From Eubacteriales bacterium (GTDB lineage Bacteria > Bacillota > Clostridia > Lachnospirales > JAVBKL01): 64,000 nt of DNA. Shown here one piece after another: positions 39,362-49,922 of this stretch. The stretch lies in the NCBI GenBank assembly GCA_031554055.1, contig JAVBKL010000056.1, positions 645 through 64,644 on the forward strand, in the 5' to 3' direction. The notes beneath the pieces are model-generated. The model did no database searches. It had not been told where the DNA came from and saw only the letters and a program-made list of their open reading frames with translations. The stretch's first letter is position 1. Every line of letters starts with the position of its first letter. The translations under genes were made by a program, and so were the position numbers.

Positions 39362-39408
39362 GGCACTAAAGTGTCGACGTTCAAATGCGTTGACGCTCTA
39401 GTGCCTTT
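39362..39408 (+). other. Intercistronic stem-loop after the SBP gene
   Basis: GGCACTAAAGTGTCGACG...CGTTGACGCTCTAGTGCC; typical of mRNA stabilisers or partial terminators. Confidence 0.6.
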
Positions 39409-39438
39409 TATAACAAATTCATAGTAAGGTGGTGCTTT

Positions 39439-40332
39439 ATGAAGAAAAAGCAAGCTTTCAATTCGCAAACAATCGCTCCTTATCTCTTTGCGGCTCCCTT
39501 TGTGATCTCGTTTTTAATCTTTTTCCTATACCCTTTGGTGAGTTCTTTTATCATGAGCTTTCAAAAAATTGAAGGGTTTAACGACGTCACCTATATCGGG
39601 CTTAAAAATTACAAAAATTTATTAAACACTCATTATTACGCAGCCATTCAAAACAGCCTTCGTTACACATTCTGGACGATTATTGTTTTGATACCACTGC
39701 CTATGTTCCTTGCTTTGGTTTTAAATAGCAAGATTACTTTGGCTAAAAATTTCTTTCGGTCTACCTTGTTTATGCCGGCTCTTACTTCCGTAATTGTTGC
39801 CGGAATGTTCTTTCGGTATGCTTTTGGTTCACAGCCCACAACTTTTGTGAACGCAATCCTTGGCATGTTCGGGGTTGAGCCACATAAATGGTTGATGGAC
39901 GGCTCGACTGGTATGCTTGCCTTGGTTGTTCTCTGCACGTGGCGTTGGCTCGGTGTTAATATTATTTATTTCTTATCAGGGCTTCAAGGGATTTCCGAAG
40001 ACTTGTATGAAGCTGGCGACATTGACGGGGCAAACGCTCTTCAAAAGTTTTGGAGCATCACGCTCCCAGGGCTTAAACCTGTTGTGATTTATGTAGTAAC
40101 CATCAGTATTTATGCGGGTCTATCCATGTTTGCCGAGTCCTTTGCTTATTGGACAGCACGATCCCCTGCTGATATTGGCTTAACACTTGTCGGTTATATT
40201 TACTCCGCAGGATTTACGAACAACGATTTTGGATTTGCATCCGCCATCGGCGTTACGTTAATCATCATTATCATGATCATCACCGCCCTACAATTAACTC
40301 TTTTTGGATTCTTTAAAAAGGAGGACGAATAA
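39439..40332 (+). CDS. Carbohydrate ABC permease (AraP-like)
   Basis: LYEAGDIDGA EAA loop; TM helices. Confidence 0.92.
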   Translation: MKKKQAFNSQTIAPYLFAAPFVISFLIFFLYPLVSSFIMSFQKIEGFNDVTYIGLKNYKNLLNTHYYAAIQNSLRYTFWTIIVLIPLPMFLALVLNSKITLAKNFFRSTLFMPALTSVIVAGMFFRYAFGSQPTTFVNAILGMFGVEPHKWLMDGSTGMLALVVLCTWRWLGVNIIYFLSGLQGISEDLYEAGDIDGANALQKFWSITLPGLKPVVIYVVTISIYAGLSMFAESFAYWTARSPADIGLTLVGYIYSAGFTNNDFGFASAIGVTLIIIIMIITALQLTLFGFFKKEDE

Positions 40333-40335
40333 TAG

Positions 40336-41178
40336 ATGAAGACAAAAAATATTACGTTTACCCAAATTTTCTTTTTAATCGTCTGTATTTTGGCGGCGGC
40401 CTTTGCTCTGGTTCCCTTCTTGTTCATGGTTATATCTTCTTTAAAACCTGGGCAAGAACTAATGCGTCATGGCATCAATTTAAACATTGACTTTGCTATT
40501 ATGAGCTTCAAAAACTATACACTGTTATTCACCGAGAACGACGGACTTTACTTTAGATGGTATTTTAATTCTCTGTTTATTACTTTGGTGCAAACAGCGG
40601 CGACTTTGCTTTTTTCTTCCATGGTTGGTTATGCACTGGGTGTTTACAATTTCAAAGGTAAAAATATTATTTTTGCATTGGTCATGGTCACCATGATGGT
40701 TCCTGTAGAAATTTTACTGTTACCTCTTTACAAACTCGTTATCGGAATGAAAATCTACAATACATACGCTGGTGTCATCTTGCCTTATGCGGTTTCACCG
40801 TTTGCCATTTTCTTCTTCAGACAATACGCAAGCGGCTTGCCCAAAGATTTTATGGCGGCAGCTCGAATCGATGGCTGTGGCGAACTTCGGATTTTCTTAC
40901 AAGTTATGCTTCCGCTCATGACACCAGCAATCGGAGCCATGACAATTCTACAATCCATGGGCAGCTGGAACGCTTTCGTTTGGCCAATGATTGTTATGGG
41001 TTCAAAAGAAAACATGACGCTACCTGTCGGACTATCCACCATGATTACGCCGTATGGTAACAACTACGATATGCTCATGCCGGGTGCTGTGCTTGCCGTT
41101 ATTCCAATCGCAATCATCTTCATCTTTAACCAGAAATCGTTCATCGAAGGTATGACTTCTGGCGGGGTTAAAGGATAA
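40336..41178 (+). CDS. Carbohydrate ABC permease (AraQ-like)
   Basis: AARIDGCGE loop; WNAFVWP. Confidence 0.92.
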   Translation: MKTKNITFTQIFFLIVCILAAAFALVPFLFMVISSLKPGQELMRHGINLNIDFAIMSFKNYTLLFTENDGLYFRWYFNSLFITLVQTAATLLFSSMVGYALGVYNFKGKNIIFALVMVTMMVPVEILLLPLYKLVIGMKIYNTYAGVILPYAVSPFAIFFFRQYASGLPKDFMAAARIDGCGELRIFLQVMLPLMTPAIGAMTILQSMGSWNAFVWPMIVMGSKENMTLPVGLSTMITPYGNNYDMLMPGAVLAVIPIAIIFIFNQKSFIEGMTSGGVKG

Positions 41179-41205
41179 AAAATAAACATTCAAAGGGAGA
41201 TCGCT

Positions 41206-42699
41206 ATGACCAATAAAGTAAAAGTAATGTTAGATAAAGACTATGCAATTGCCGACGTTGGCAAACGTATGTATTCAACATTTGTGGAACATTTAGGACG
41301 TTGCGTGTATGAAGGAATTTATGAACCAACACACCCCACTGCCGACACTGATGGTTTTCGGGAAGATGTGCGTGAACTTGTGAAAGAACTGCATTTCGGC
41401 TCGCTGCGTTACCCTGGTGGAAACTTCGTTTCGGGTTTCAATTGGCAAGACTCCATAGGCCCTCGTGAAAACCGCCCAAAGAGACTGGACTACGCTTGGA
41501 AATCCATAGAAAGCAACGAGATTGGCATGGACGAATTTTGCGATTATGCAGACTCAGTTGAGAGCGAAGTCATGTACGCCGTAAACATGGGTACAGGTAC
41601 ACCCCAAGAGGCTGGTTATTGCGTTGAATATGCAAACTTCCCAAGTGGCACTTTCTATTCAGACCTTAGAATTAAAAACGGACACACCGAGCCACACGAC
41701 ATAAAACTTTGGTGCATCGGAAACGAAATGGACGGTGCTTGGCAAACTTGCCACTTGACCGCTGATGAATATGGACGAAAAGCTCTTGAGACTGCTAAAA
41801 TCATGAAGTGGGTTGACCCAACCATCGAGCTAATCGTTTGCGGCAGTGCAACCACTCTACAACCGACTTACCCAGAATGGGACAGAATTATTTTGGAACA
41901 CACATACGACAAGGTTGATTATCTTTCGCTACACAGATATTACGAAAACTTGGGCAACGACCTAGATTTTTTGGCATCGTACAAAGAGATGGATACCTTC
42001 ATTAAATCCGTTGCTGCAACAGCCGACTACGTGAAAGCTTTGAAACGTTCCAAAAAAACCATGATGCTCTCTTTCGACGAATGGAATATTTGGTATCAAG
42101 CCAAACTGAAAATCGAAAATTGGGAAGTAGCACCACATATTTTGGAAGATAATTATTCGCTCATGGACGCCATTGCGTTTGGCGGTTTGCTCTGCACATT
42201 GATCAATAATTCAGACCGTGTAAAAATTGCTTGCCTTGCACAAATGGTCAACGCCATTGCACCGATTTATACCGAAAAAGGTGGCAAAGCCATTCGCCAA
42301 ACCATTTTCTATCCGTTTGCTATGGCAGCAAAAAACTGCATCGGTACCGCACTCCATACATTTATCAAATCGCCAATCTTAAACAGCGAAGCCTATGGCG
42401 AGGTAAACGCCGTTACTTGTGCGGCAACTTACAACGAAGAACGCCAAGAAGTAAGCATCATTGCCACAAACATTGATGACCGTGAGCTCGAGTTATCACT
42501 TGACATTCGTTCATTCGGTGTGATAACATGGTTGGAACATACGATTCTAAAAGGCGACGATTTAGATGCGACCAATACATTTGAGAATCCCGACAAAGTG
42601 AAGCCAGTTTCTGGCAACATCACTGTAGGAGCAGACGTAGATTCTTCGATTTTATTGCCAGCAAGGTCATTTCATTTAATCAGACTTAAAGTGAATTAA
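41206..42699 (+). CDS. abfA: Alpha-L-arabinofuranosidase, GH51
   Basis: FVEHLGRCVYEGIY, RYPGGNF, WCIGNEMDG, SFDEWNIW, ACLAQMVN. Confidence 0.93.
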   Translation: MTNKVKVMLDKDYAIADVGKRMYSTFVEHLGRCVYEGIYEPTHPTADTDGFREDVRELVKELHFGSLRYPGGNFVSGFNWQDSIGPRENRPKRLDYAWKSIESNEIGMDEFCDYADSVESEVMYAVNMGTGTPQEAGYCVEYANFPSGTFYSDLRIKNGHTEPHDIKLWCIGNEMDGAWQTCHLTADEYGRKALETAKIMKWVDPTIELIVCGSATTLQPTYPEWDRIILEHTYDKVDYLSLHRYYENLGNDLDFLASYKEMDTFIKSVAATADYVKALKRSKKTMMLSFDEWNIWYQAKLKIENWEVAPHILEDNYSLMDAIAFGGLLCTLINNSDRVKIACLAQMVNAIAPIYTEKGGKAIRQTIFYPFAMAAKNCIGTALHTFIKSPILNSEAYGEVNAVTCAATYNEERQEVSIIATNIDDRELELSLDIRSFGVITWLEHTILKGDDLDATNTFENPDKVKPVSGNITVGADVDSSILLPARSFHLIRLKVN

Positions 42700-42706
42700 T
42701 ATACCT

Positions 42707-42739
42707 GTCCTCTTGTGTGTTTTGCAAGAGGACTTTTTT
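42707..42739 (+). terminator. Intrinsic terminator
   Basis: GTCCTCTTG...CAAGAGGAC followed by a T run. Confidence 0.75.
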
Positions 42740-42765
42740 ATTATAAGAAAGTGAGTGTTTAAGCC

Positions 42766-43698
42766 ATGAATTTTAACGGAATTGATAAAACGGTGGAGCT
42801 TTTTAAGGTGCTCGCAAGCGAGCCACGCATTCAAATCATCAAGCTTCTTTCAAAATATGAAAGCTTAAGCATGAACGAACTTTCAGAAAAACTTGGCGTA
42901 ACACAAGGTGCTGTGACTGCCCATATCAAAGTGATGCTCGCCTGCGGCATGGTGAGCGTAACCGAAGAAAGCGGCCAGCGTGGCACTCGCAAACTTGTAA
43001 GCCTAAAAGAAAAAAAACTCATAATCAATCTGGTTGAGTTTGAAGAATATCCGTCCGTGTGCGAACTAAACATTGGCGTGGGCTCTTACACAAGTTGCTC
43101 GGTGAAGCCACCTTGTGCCATCGCAACCACAACCGAAGTCGTCGGACAAGCCGTTGACAAAACAGACGGCTTTTTCAACCCAGACCGAATCAACGCCGGT
43201 ATTCTATGGCTTGGCAGCGGCTTTGTGGAATACAAAATCCCATTGCCATCGAGCATGAAGAACAACATCAAGCAAATCGAAATTACCATGGAAATTTCAA
43301 GCGAAGCACCCGGCACTTGCGAGGACTGGCCGAGTGATATTACTTTTTTCATAAACGATGTAAACGTAGGCACTTGGGTAAGCCCTGGAGATTACGGCAA
43401 CGCACAGGGCACATTTAACCCAAAATGGTGGGACAAAAACTGGAACCAGTTCGGCTTGCTCAAACAATTAACCATCAACAACAGCGGAAGTTTTATGGAC
43501 GACGACTTGCTTTCTAAACACAACATAAGCGAAATTTTGGTCGATGACGAAAACATGATTGTATTAAGAATTGCCGTTTTGGAAGACAGCACAAACGTCG
43601 GCGGACTGACCCGCTGTGGTGCAGGCTTTGGAAATTACAATCAAAATATATTGATTCGGTTTTACGGAACAAACAACTCCGAACTTTCTAACAAGTAG
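42766..43698 (+). CDS. ArsR-type HTH regulator with C-terminal beta domain
   Basis: LASEPRIQII HTH; EISSEAPG, WPSDI, SPGDYG. Confidence 0.85.
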   Translation: MNFNGIDKTVELFKVLASEPRIQIIKLLSKYESLSMNELSEKLGVTQGAVTAHIKVMLACGMVSVTEESGQRGTRKLVSLKEKKLIINLVEFEEYPSVCELNIGVGSYTSCSVKPPCAIATTTEVVGQAVDKTDGFFNPDRINAGILWLGSGFVEYKIPLPSSMKNNIKQIEITMEISSEAPGTCEDWPSDITFFINDVNVGTWVSPGDYGNAQGTFNPKWWDKNWNQFGLLKQLTINNSGSFMDDDLLSKHNISEILVDDENMIVLRIAVLEDSTNVGGLTRCGAGFGNYNQNILIRFYGTNNSELSNK

Positions 43699-43706
43699 GT
43701 GATTCT

Positions 43707-44618
43707 ATGTTAAGAATAGATTCAATTGACGAGGGAATCCCCATTTATTATGCCCTTGCCAGCGAAATTCGTATGAAAATAATCTCTTTGCTCGCAAAAA
43801 ACAAGTCCATGAACATGAACGAGTTGAGCACACAACTTTCCATACCGAGTAGCACGCTGACGGCTCATATCCGTCAGCTTGATTTGTGTGGGCTTGTCGA
43901 AGTGACCGCAGCCGAGGGCGTTCGGGGTACACAAAAGATTTGTTCCCTAAAAGAAAACAGGCTCATCATTGAATTAACTGATTCGCCTGCCAAAAGAAAC
44001 TTAAAACGCTTCGAGCTACCAATCGGCAGCTACAGCAATTACGCCATGCTTGCCCCTTGTGGCATCGCAACCACACAAAGCATCATAGGCGAACTGAACA
44101 AGCCATGCTACTTTGATTCGCCCGAACGTTTTTCATCTGGCGTTTTGTGGCTGTCGTCGGGCTTTGTCGAGTATCCGATTCCAAACTATTTTAATAAAAA
44201 TACCGTGGTTAGCGAAATACAAATCAGCATGGAAATCGCTTCTGATCTACCGCTTAGCACAATCTCTGACAAGCCGCTTGGTGTTACGTTTTCGTTCAAC
44301 CAAGTGTCAGTCGGCAGTTGGGTGATTCCACGAGATGCCGAAAATATGCAGAGCCTTTACACGCCAGCTTGGTGGAACGAAAACTGGATTCAGTCCAGTA
44401 AAATAAAGTTGCTCACCATTAACAGCAAAGGAACTTTCATTGACGGCAACAATTTAGTTTCGAATATAACCATCGACCAACTTGATATTCAAGCAGGGCA
44501 ACGTTTGATTTTTCGCATTGCGGCAGAAGCCGGTGGCGGTTTGACATTGTTTGGCCGTGGGTTTGGGCGGTATAACCAAGATATATATGTGAGGATTTCT
44601 TATACGGAGAACAGTTAA
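43707..44618 (+). CDS. ArsR-type HTH regulator (paralog)
   Basis: LASEIRMKII, GVRGTQKIC, GGLTLFGRGFG. Confidence 0.85.
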   Translation: MLRIDSIDEGIPIYYALASEIRMKIISLLAKNKSMNMNELSTQLSIPSSTLTAHIRQLDLCGLVEVTAAEGVRGTQKICSLKENRLIIELTDSPAKRNLKRFELPIGSYSNYAMLAPCGIATTQSIIGELNKPCYFDSPERFSSGVLWLSSGFVEYPIPNYFNKNTVVSEIQISMEIASDLPLSTISDKPLGVTFSFNQVSVGSWVIPRDAENMQSLYTPAWWNENWIQSSKIKLLTINSKGTFIDGNNLVSNITIDQLDIQAGQRLIFRIAAEAGGGLTLFGRGFGRYNQDIYVRISYTENS

Positions 44619-44636
44619 AACTACCAAATCTGCTCC

Positions 44637-45633
44637 TCACTTACGATACACCCGCCTAATATTCGGGTTCCGATAATACGTGTAGGCAAGCTGCACGCAC
44701 ATCACACACCAGATAATCGGTTCGCAAATGATTACGCCCCAGTAACCCAAAATTGGTATCAACACGATTACAAATACAAACTTGCCCAATAGTTCTATCA
44801 TGCTTGAGAACAGCGGCAATATGCCCTGCAATCGTTTCGTTGCCAAGTCCGTTGATTGCGTATTGCAAAATGACGGTACCAATGCAAACAATCGAGAGCA
44901 TAAGCCCCATGGACATCCCTTGTCCAAAAAGCTCTCGGTACAGTTCTTTGCTCACAGAAAAATGCTTTTTGCTTGGCAATAAAACGGGGCATTTTTTGAC
45001 AATGTAAATAATGCAAAGAACAGCCGAGCTGCCCTGTGAAACGATGGTTGCCACCGCCGCACCAACGATTCCCATGTGTGGCACAAGCCAAACCGCCAGA
45101 GCAATGTTAAGCAACGAAGAAGCAATTAGAAAAATGAGCGGCGTAACGCTGTTTCCGATGGCCCGAAGAAATCCCGCACAAAGATTGTAGGCAAGCATGA
45201 CCCCTACAAACAATGTGATCAGCGATATATACGCATACGATTCATCAATGATACTCGCTGGCGTGTTCAAAACTTGCAAAAGCGGATAAAGCTGTGTGAC
45301 CGAAAACAACATGATAAAAAGGCAGACCACAAATCCTATGACAATTGAGCCAGCCACCGATTGTTTCACGAGTTCCGTGTCTTTCGCCCCAAAGCTCCGT
45401 GCCACAACAATGCTAAGCCCACTGCCGATTCCCAGTGCAAACCCAATCAAAAGTTCAAAAACTGCCAGACTCGCACCTATTGCCGCCAATGATTGTTCTC
45501 CCAAGATATGTCCAACAATGATCGTGTCCGCCGTGCTATACATTTGCTGAAATATACTAGAAATAAGCATTGGCAACGCAAACAAAAAAAGAGATTTTCT
45601 CACACTGCCGTTTAGCATATCCACGTTAAACAT
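44637..45633 (-). pseudogene. MATE efflux transporter with internal deletion and frameshift
   Basis: MATE N-part reads to GHIAA. The MATE C-terminus (PLFSSMIELLGK...CEPIIW) follows directly in another frame; the total is well short of a typical ~450-aa MATE. Confidence 0.8.
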
Positions 45634-45694
45634 TTCATTCCCCCTATCTCATTTCGAATAATCATAATCACTGGCACGCCTGTTGTCAATCCAT

Positions 45695-47332
45695 CTATTT
45701 CCGTTTGACCACCATTTTTTTCTGTCTCTGGTACTCGTCATAATCGCCGAAATAATTTTTCATGTGGCCGTCTTCAATCTCAATAATTCTATCCGCTACT
45801 TTATTGATAAAGAACCTGTCATGCGAGATAAACAGCAAGGTGCCTTTGTAGCTCCCGAGCGATTCCTCCAACAACTCTTTTGTGACAATATCCAAATGGT
45901 TGGTGGGCTCGTCCAAAATCAGGAAATTTATTTTCTCTTGCAAAAGTATAGCAAGCTTTAAAATCACTTTTTCTCCGCCCGATAATGTTTCGGCTCTTTT
46001 ATAAACATCGTCGCCAAAAAAGAAAAACTTTGCAAGCACTCGTCTGGCTTCAAGCTCCGTGACTTTTACGGCATCTTTAAATATGTTCAAGACGGACTCG
46101 TTTTCGTTGCCAAAAGATATTTCCTGTTCGATGTAGCCGATTTTTACATTGCTGCCTTTTTCTACTTTCCCTGTAAAATCTTTGATATTCTCAAGCAGAA
46201 TGTTTACAAAAGTTGTTTTGCCACAGCCGTTCTTGCCAAGGATACAAATTTTTTCTTTGTAATATAATTCCACACTAATATTGTTCAACAAGTTTTTGTC
46301 GTCAAACCCAAAGCACAACTTATCAATGGCGTACACTTTTTTGCCGGAACGCTCGTTCATTTGAAAATTAAGCGGAATCTTATCTTTTTCGAGTTTAGGC
46401 TTCTCTAGCATCTCCATTTTTTCCAGGCGTTTCTCGAGTTGGTGATACTTTACAAAAAAGCTTGGGTTGTCACCACGTTCGCCCCACTCTTTAAACCGTT
46501 TCATGGACTCTTTCATGGCTTCTATTTTTCGCTGTTGGGTCTTGTAGTTTTCAAACTCTTCCATGAGAATCCGTTCTTGCTCTTTTAAGCTAAACGAATA
46601 ATTGCCACCAAACACATCACAAGTACCACGGTCAACTAAAATCGTTTTGGTAGCCGTCCGATCAATAAAGTACCTGTCATGAGAAATAATGATGACGGTT
46701 CCCCGATAGCTTGCAATAAAACCCTCAAGCCAAGTGAGTGCCGCAATATCAATGTGGTTGGTCGGCTCGTCCAACAACAAAATATCCGGTTTTTGCAAAA
46801 GTATTTTCGCCATGTTCACAATGGTTTTTTGTCCACCGCTAAGCTCGCCATGCTTTTTTAGAAGCATTTCGTTTAACTTAAACACCGTGCAAATTTTGTT
46901 AAAGTTCTCCTCGGTTTCATAGCCGCCAAGCGAAGTGAACTGATTTTGCAAACGATTGTATTCAGACATCAGTTTGTTTAAATCTTTCTCGTCTGTTAGG
47001 TTTCCCATTTCCGTTTCCACTTCACGCATCCTGTTTTCAATATCAAAAACATCTTGCTGTGATTTTTTGAGGATCTCTGATACCGTCAAGTCGTCCTCGC
47101 TACTCTTTGGAATCTGCTGCAAAAAACCAATGGTTGCCCCTTTTCTTACGGTAAAACTTCCACCGTCCATTTTTTCCTGCCCTGTTATAATTTTAAAAAT
47201 CGTTGTCTTGCCACAGCCATTGCGTCCAACCAGCGCAACCTTTTCCCCTGTTTGCACGTCAAAGCTGATTCCGCCTAGCACTTGCTTAAATCCAAAATTT
47301 ATCGTTACTTGGTTCAATGCGATCTCTATCAT
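45695..47332 (-). CDS. ABC-F ATPase (ribosome-protection-like)
   Basis: Two NBDs (GRNGCGKT/LSGGQ/LDEPTNH and GKNGCGKT/LSGGE/LDEPTNH), no TM, attenuator-like leader. Confidence 0.9.
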   Translation of the reverse strand: MIEIALNQVTINFGFKQVLGGISFDVQTGEKVALVGRNGCGKTTIFKIITGQEKMDGGSFTVRKGATIGFLQQIPKSSEDDLTVSEILKKSQQDVFDIENRMREVETEMGNLTDEKDLNKLMSEYNRLQNQFTSLGGYETEENFNKICTVFKLNEMLLKKHGELSGGQKTIVNMAKILLQKPDILLLDEPTNHIDIAALTWLEGFIASYRGTVIIISHDRYFIDRTATKTILVDRGTCDVFGGNYSFSLKEQERILMEEFENYKTQQRKIEAMKESMKRFKEWGERGDNPSFFVKYHQLEKRLEKMEMLEKPKLEKDKIPLNFQMNERSGKKVYAIDKLCFGFDDKNLLNNISVELYYKEKICILGKNGCGKTTFVNILLENIKDFTGKVEKGSNVKIGYIEQEISFGNENESVLNIFKDAVKVTELEARRVLAKFFFFGDDVYKRAETLSGGEKVILKLAILLQEKINFLILDEPTNHLDIVTKELLEESLGSYKGTLLFISHDRFFINKVADRIIEIEDGHMKNYFGDYDEYQRQKKMVVKRK

Positions 47333-47357
47333 ATTGGTTCACTCCTCGTTTTTACAT

Positions 47358-47400
47358 ATAAAAAAGCACCAAAAAGAAGAGTATCTTCTTTCAGGTGCTA
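47358..47400 (-). terminator. Premature terminator in the ABC-F leader
   Basis: AGCACC-TG-AAAGAAGA tac TCTTCTTT-TT-GGTGCT followed by a T run, just upstream of the RBS. Confidence 0.75.
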
Positions 47401-47426
47401 CTGGGTGTGCCATTTTTAATAATTGG

Positions 47427-47600
47427 CTACTTCCATTTAACAGGTGACAGATGAATAACTTTCAGTATGTTAAGGCATCTTAAATTAAACCCCAAAAGGG
47501 CATAGCTTCCCCTTGTCCATACTTTTGTAAATGAAATTCCACGTAAACTAAAAATTTCGCTACTCACGAAACCAGCTTTGCAGAAAGACACTTGATTCAT
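47427..47600 (-). CDS. Putative 57-aa leader peptide of the ABC-F gene
   Basis: GGGGGTGA SD; MNQVSFCKAGFVSSEIFSLRGISFTKVWTRGSYALLGFNLRCLNILKVIHLSPVKWK*. Confidence 0.5.
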   Translation of the reverse strand: MNQVSFCKAGFVSSEIFSLRGISFTKVWTRGSYALLGFNLRCLNILKVIHLSPVKWK

Positions 47601-47825
47601 CTCATCACCCCCATTTTTTTAATTTTGTAGTTACCAGAAAAAATATAACATAGTTACGCATTAATTTCAAGCCGTAATTCCATATGATTTTTAAACTTTG
47701 CTATTTAAAAATCCTCCACTTTCTGTTATACTCTCCAAGCTTTCTATTTTTTCTTAAACACAGAACACCAATCACCACTCACCAAGCAACTACCCCCAAT
47801 GTAAAATTTTGATAGGAGAAAACGA

Positions 47826-48458
47826 ATGACCCCTTACCAGTTAGAAATGCTCGGATACTTAGCTTCTTTTATAGTTTTAGTTTCCTTGTTAATGAGTTCG
47901 ATTATTAAATTAAGATGGATTAACCTACTTGGCTGCCTATTATTTTCTGTGTATGGCTTCTCGATAGGTGCACTGCCTGTAGCGATTATGAACGCATTCA
48001 TTACGATCATTAATATCTATTATTTAATAAAAATGTATCGTGCAAAGGAATATTTTAAACTGCTCACAGCCGACACAAGTTCGGAATATTTCAAGCACTT
48101 CATGGATTTTTATCATAAAGATATTGAAAAATATGCAGATGTAAGCAATCTTGATTTTAAAAAAACAGCCGTATCTTTTTATATTTTAAGAAATTTAAAA
48201 CCTGCGGGAATTTTTATTGCATCTGCCACAGACAGCAGTACGCTTACTGTGAATCTGGATTTTGTTATCCCTGAGTACAGAGATTTTAAAATAGGCACTT
48301 TCATTTACGAAGACAACAAAGAATACTTGTTGGAAAAGGGATACAAAAGAATTATTTGTAGTTCCTCAAACAACGTGCATGTTAAATATCTTAAAAAGAT
48401 GGGCTTTAAAGCAACCACCGAAGGTGGCGTCAATAGTTTTATTAAGACGTTGGCATAA
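47826..48458 (+). CDS. YgjV-like membrane protein with soluble C-terminal domain
   Basis: GYLASFIVLVSLLMSSIIKLRWINL; LDFVIPEYRDFKIG. Confidence 0.75.
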   Translation: MTPYQLEMLGYLASFIVLVSLLMSSIIKLRWINLLGCLLFSVYGFSIGALPVAIMNAFITIINIYYLIKMYRAKEYFKLLTADTSSEYFKHFMDFYHKDIEKYADVSNLDFKKTAVSFYILRNLKPAGIFIASATDSSTLTVNLDFVIPEYRDFKIGTFIYEDNKEYLLEKGYKRIICSSSNNVHVKYLKKMGFKATTEGGVNSFIKTLA

Positions 48459-48631
48459 GATACAAAATAATTTGGTTTAAAACAATAAGAAAAAAATAGA
48501 AATAGCATGAAGCATAAAAACCTTTTCATCAGCCTAAAGCTATAGTAGCGATACTATATCTTTTCTTTTTGTAATCACTTGTATTCGGTACCTAAACATG
48601 GTAGAATTTAGCTACTGAAAGGAGTTGAACT

Positions 48632-49801
48632 ATGTTTGGCCTAAGAAACAAATCCAACGCTAAAGCTGTCGAACAAATAGGTTTGGATGAGCTAGTACGT
48701 GAAAGCGAAAAACTTCTGAATGCAAGCATGAGCAAAGACTTTAACGTAACCATCGAGACTACTAATCCGCAGTTTGCTCAAGTCATAAATAACATAAACC
48801 AAACGATTCAAAACTACTCCAGTACATTCCAATCCGAATTGTTAAAATATAAAGTTACACAAGAAGCACTCAATATGGCCTCTTGGGAAATGGACGTTAT
48901 ATCAGGCGACCCCATCAATTGCGAAAATACTTTTATCTGGTCAAAAGAGTTTAGACAGTTGTTAGGTTACACAACTGAATCTGAATTTCCAAATCTACTT
49001 AAAAGCTGGAGCGATAGTTTGCACCCTGACGACAGAGAACAAACACTTAAAAGTTTTAACAACCATCTCATTGACTCAAAGGGCAAAGCCCCATACAACT
49101 TAGAATATCGACTTAAACATAAAACAGGCGAATACGAATATTATCAAGCCATCGGTGCCACCTTGCGAAACCGTTCTGGTATACCGCTTAAGGTAATGGG
49201 AATCATCAGAAACATTCAGCACGAAAAGAATATGCTTGGTGCCCCAGCAAGCCTTGAGGGCTTGGAACAACTGACGGTAGAGCTTAAACAAATGAAACAA
49301 AACATCGAAGTGAATCATGATACAAACACCATCGGCAGCACAGCATCTCTTGCTCCGGCATTAAAGCCCATTATGGATTTAGTGAATGAGCTGCTCGCTT
49401 CGATCAACGAGCTACATAATCATTCAGATTTTGAGTATGAGCTGCCCCAACTTGGTTTATGGCATGTCGCCATTGTAGACGGTGACCTTGAACATGCGGC
49501 AAATAAGTGGCATTGGTCCAATGAATTTAGGCAATTGCTTGGGTTCTCTAGTGAGCGTGATTTTCCAAACACATTTGAAAGCTTTAGTTGCAGGGTTCAC
49601 CCTTCTGAACAAAAATCAATCTTGACCATCGGCAACCAACGTGTTGCAAACAACAATGAACCATCGTCTTATGATACGGTTTTAAGGCTTATGAAAAAGA
49701 ATGGCGAGTATGCATATTTTCATACCTTTGGTTCAGTCATGAGAGACAATTATGGCACGGCAATAGGGGCAACTGGTGCAATCGAAGAAGTCAACAGGTA
49801 A
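48632..49801 (+). CDS. Cytoplasmic protein with two PAS_3 domains and no output domain
   Basis: Twice-repeated WS(K/N)EFRQLLG(Y/F)...FPN...HP...(Y/L)RL..K.GEY. Confidence 0.85.
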   Translation: MFGLRNKSNAKAVEQIGLDELVRESEKLLNASMSKDFNVTIETTNPQFAQVINNINQTIQNYSSTFQSELLKYKVTQEALNMASWEMDVISGDPINCENTFIWSKEFRQLLGYTTESEFPNLLKSWSDSLHPDDREQTLKSFNNHLIDSKGKAPYNLEYRLKHKTGEYEYYQAIGATLRNRSGIPLKVMGIIRNIQHEKNMLGAPASLEGLEQLTVELKQMKQNIEVNHDTNTIGSTASLAPALKPIMDLVNELLASINELHNHSDFEYELPQLGLWHVAIVDGDLEHAANKWHWSNEFRQLLGFSSERDFPNTFESFSCRVHPSEQKSILTIGNQRVANNNEPSSYDTVLRLMKKNGEYAYFHTFGSVMRDNYGTAIGATGAIEEVNR

Positions 49802-49922
49802 TAAGCTTGCGTGATAATAAGCAATGCTTGAGGGTAGCCAAAAGATCCTTAAGCACTGCTTTTTGTTAGGCAGAAAATTTAAACAGTTCATTTTTTTAAA
49901 TATATTATCTCGGGGGTTACCA

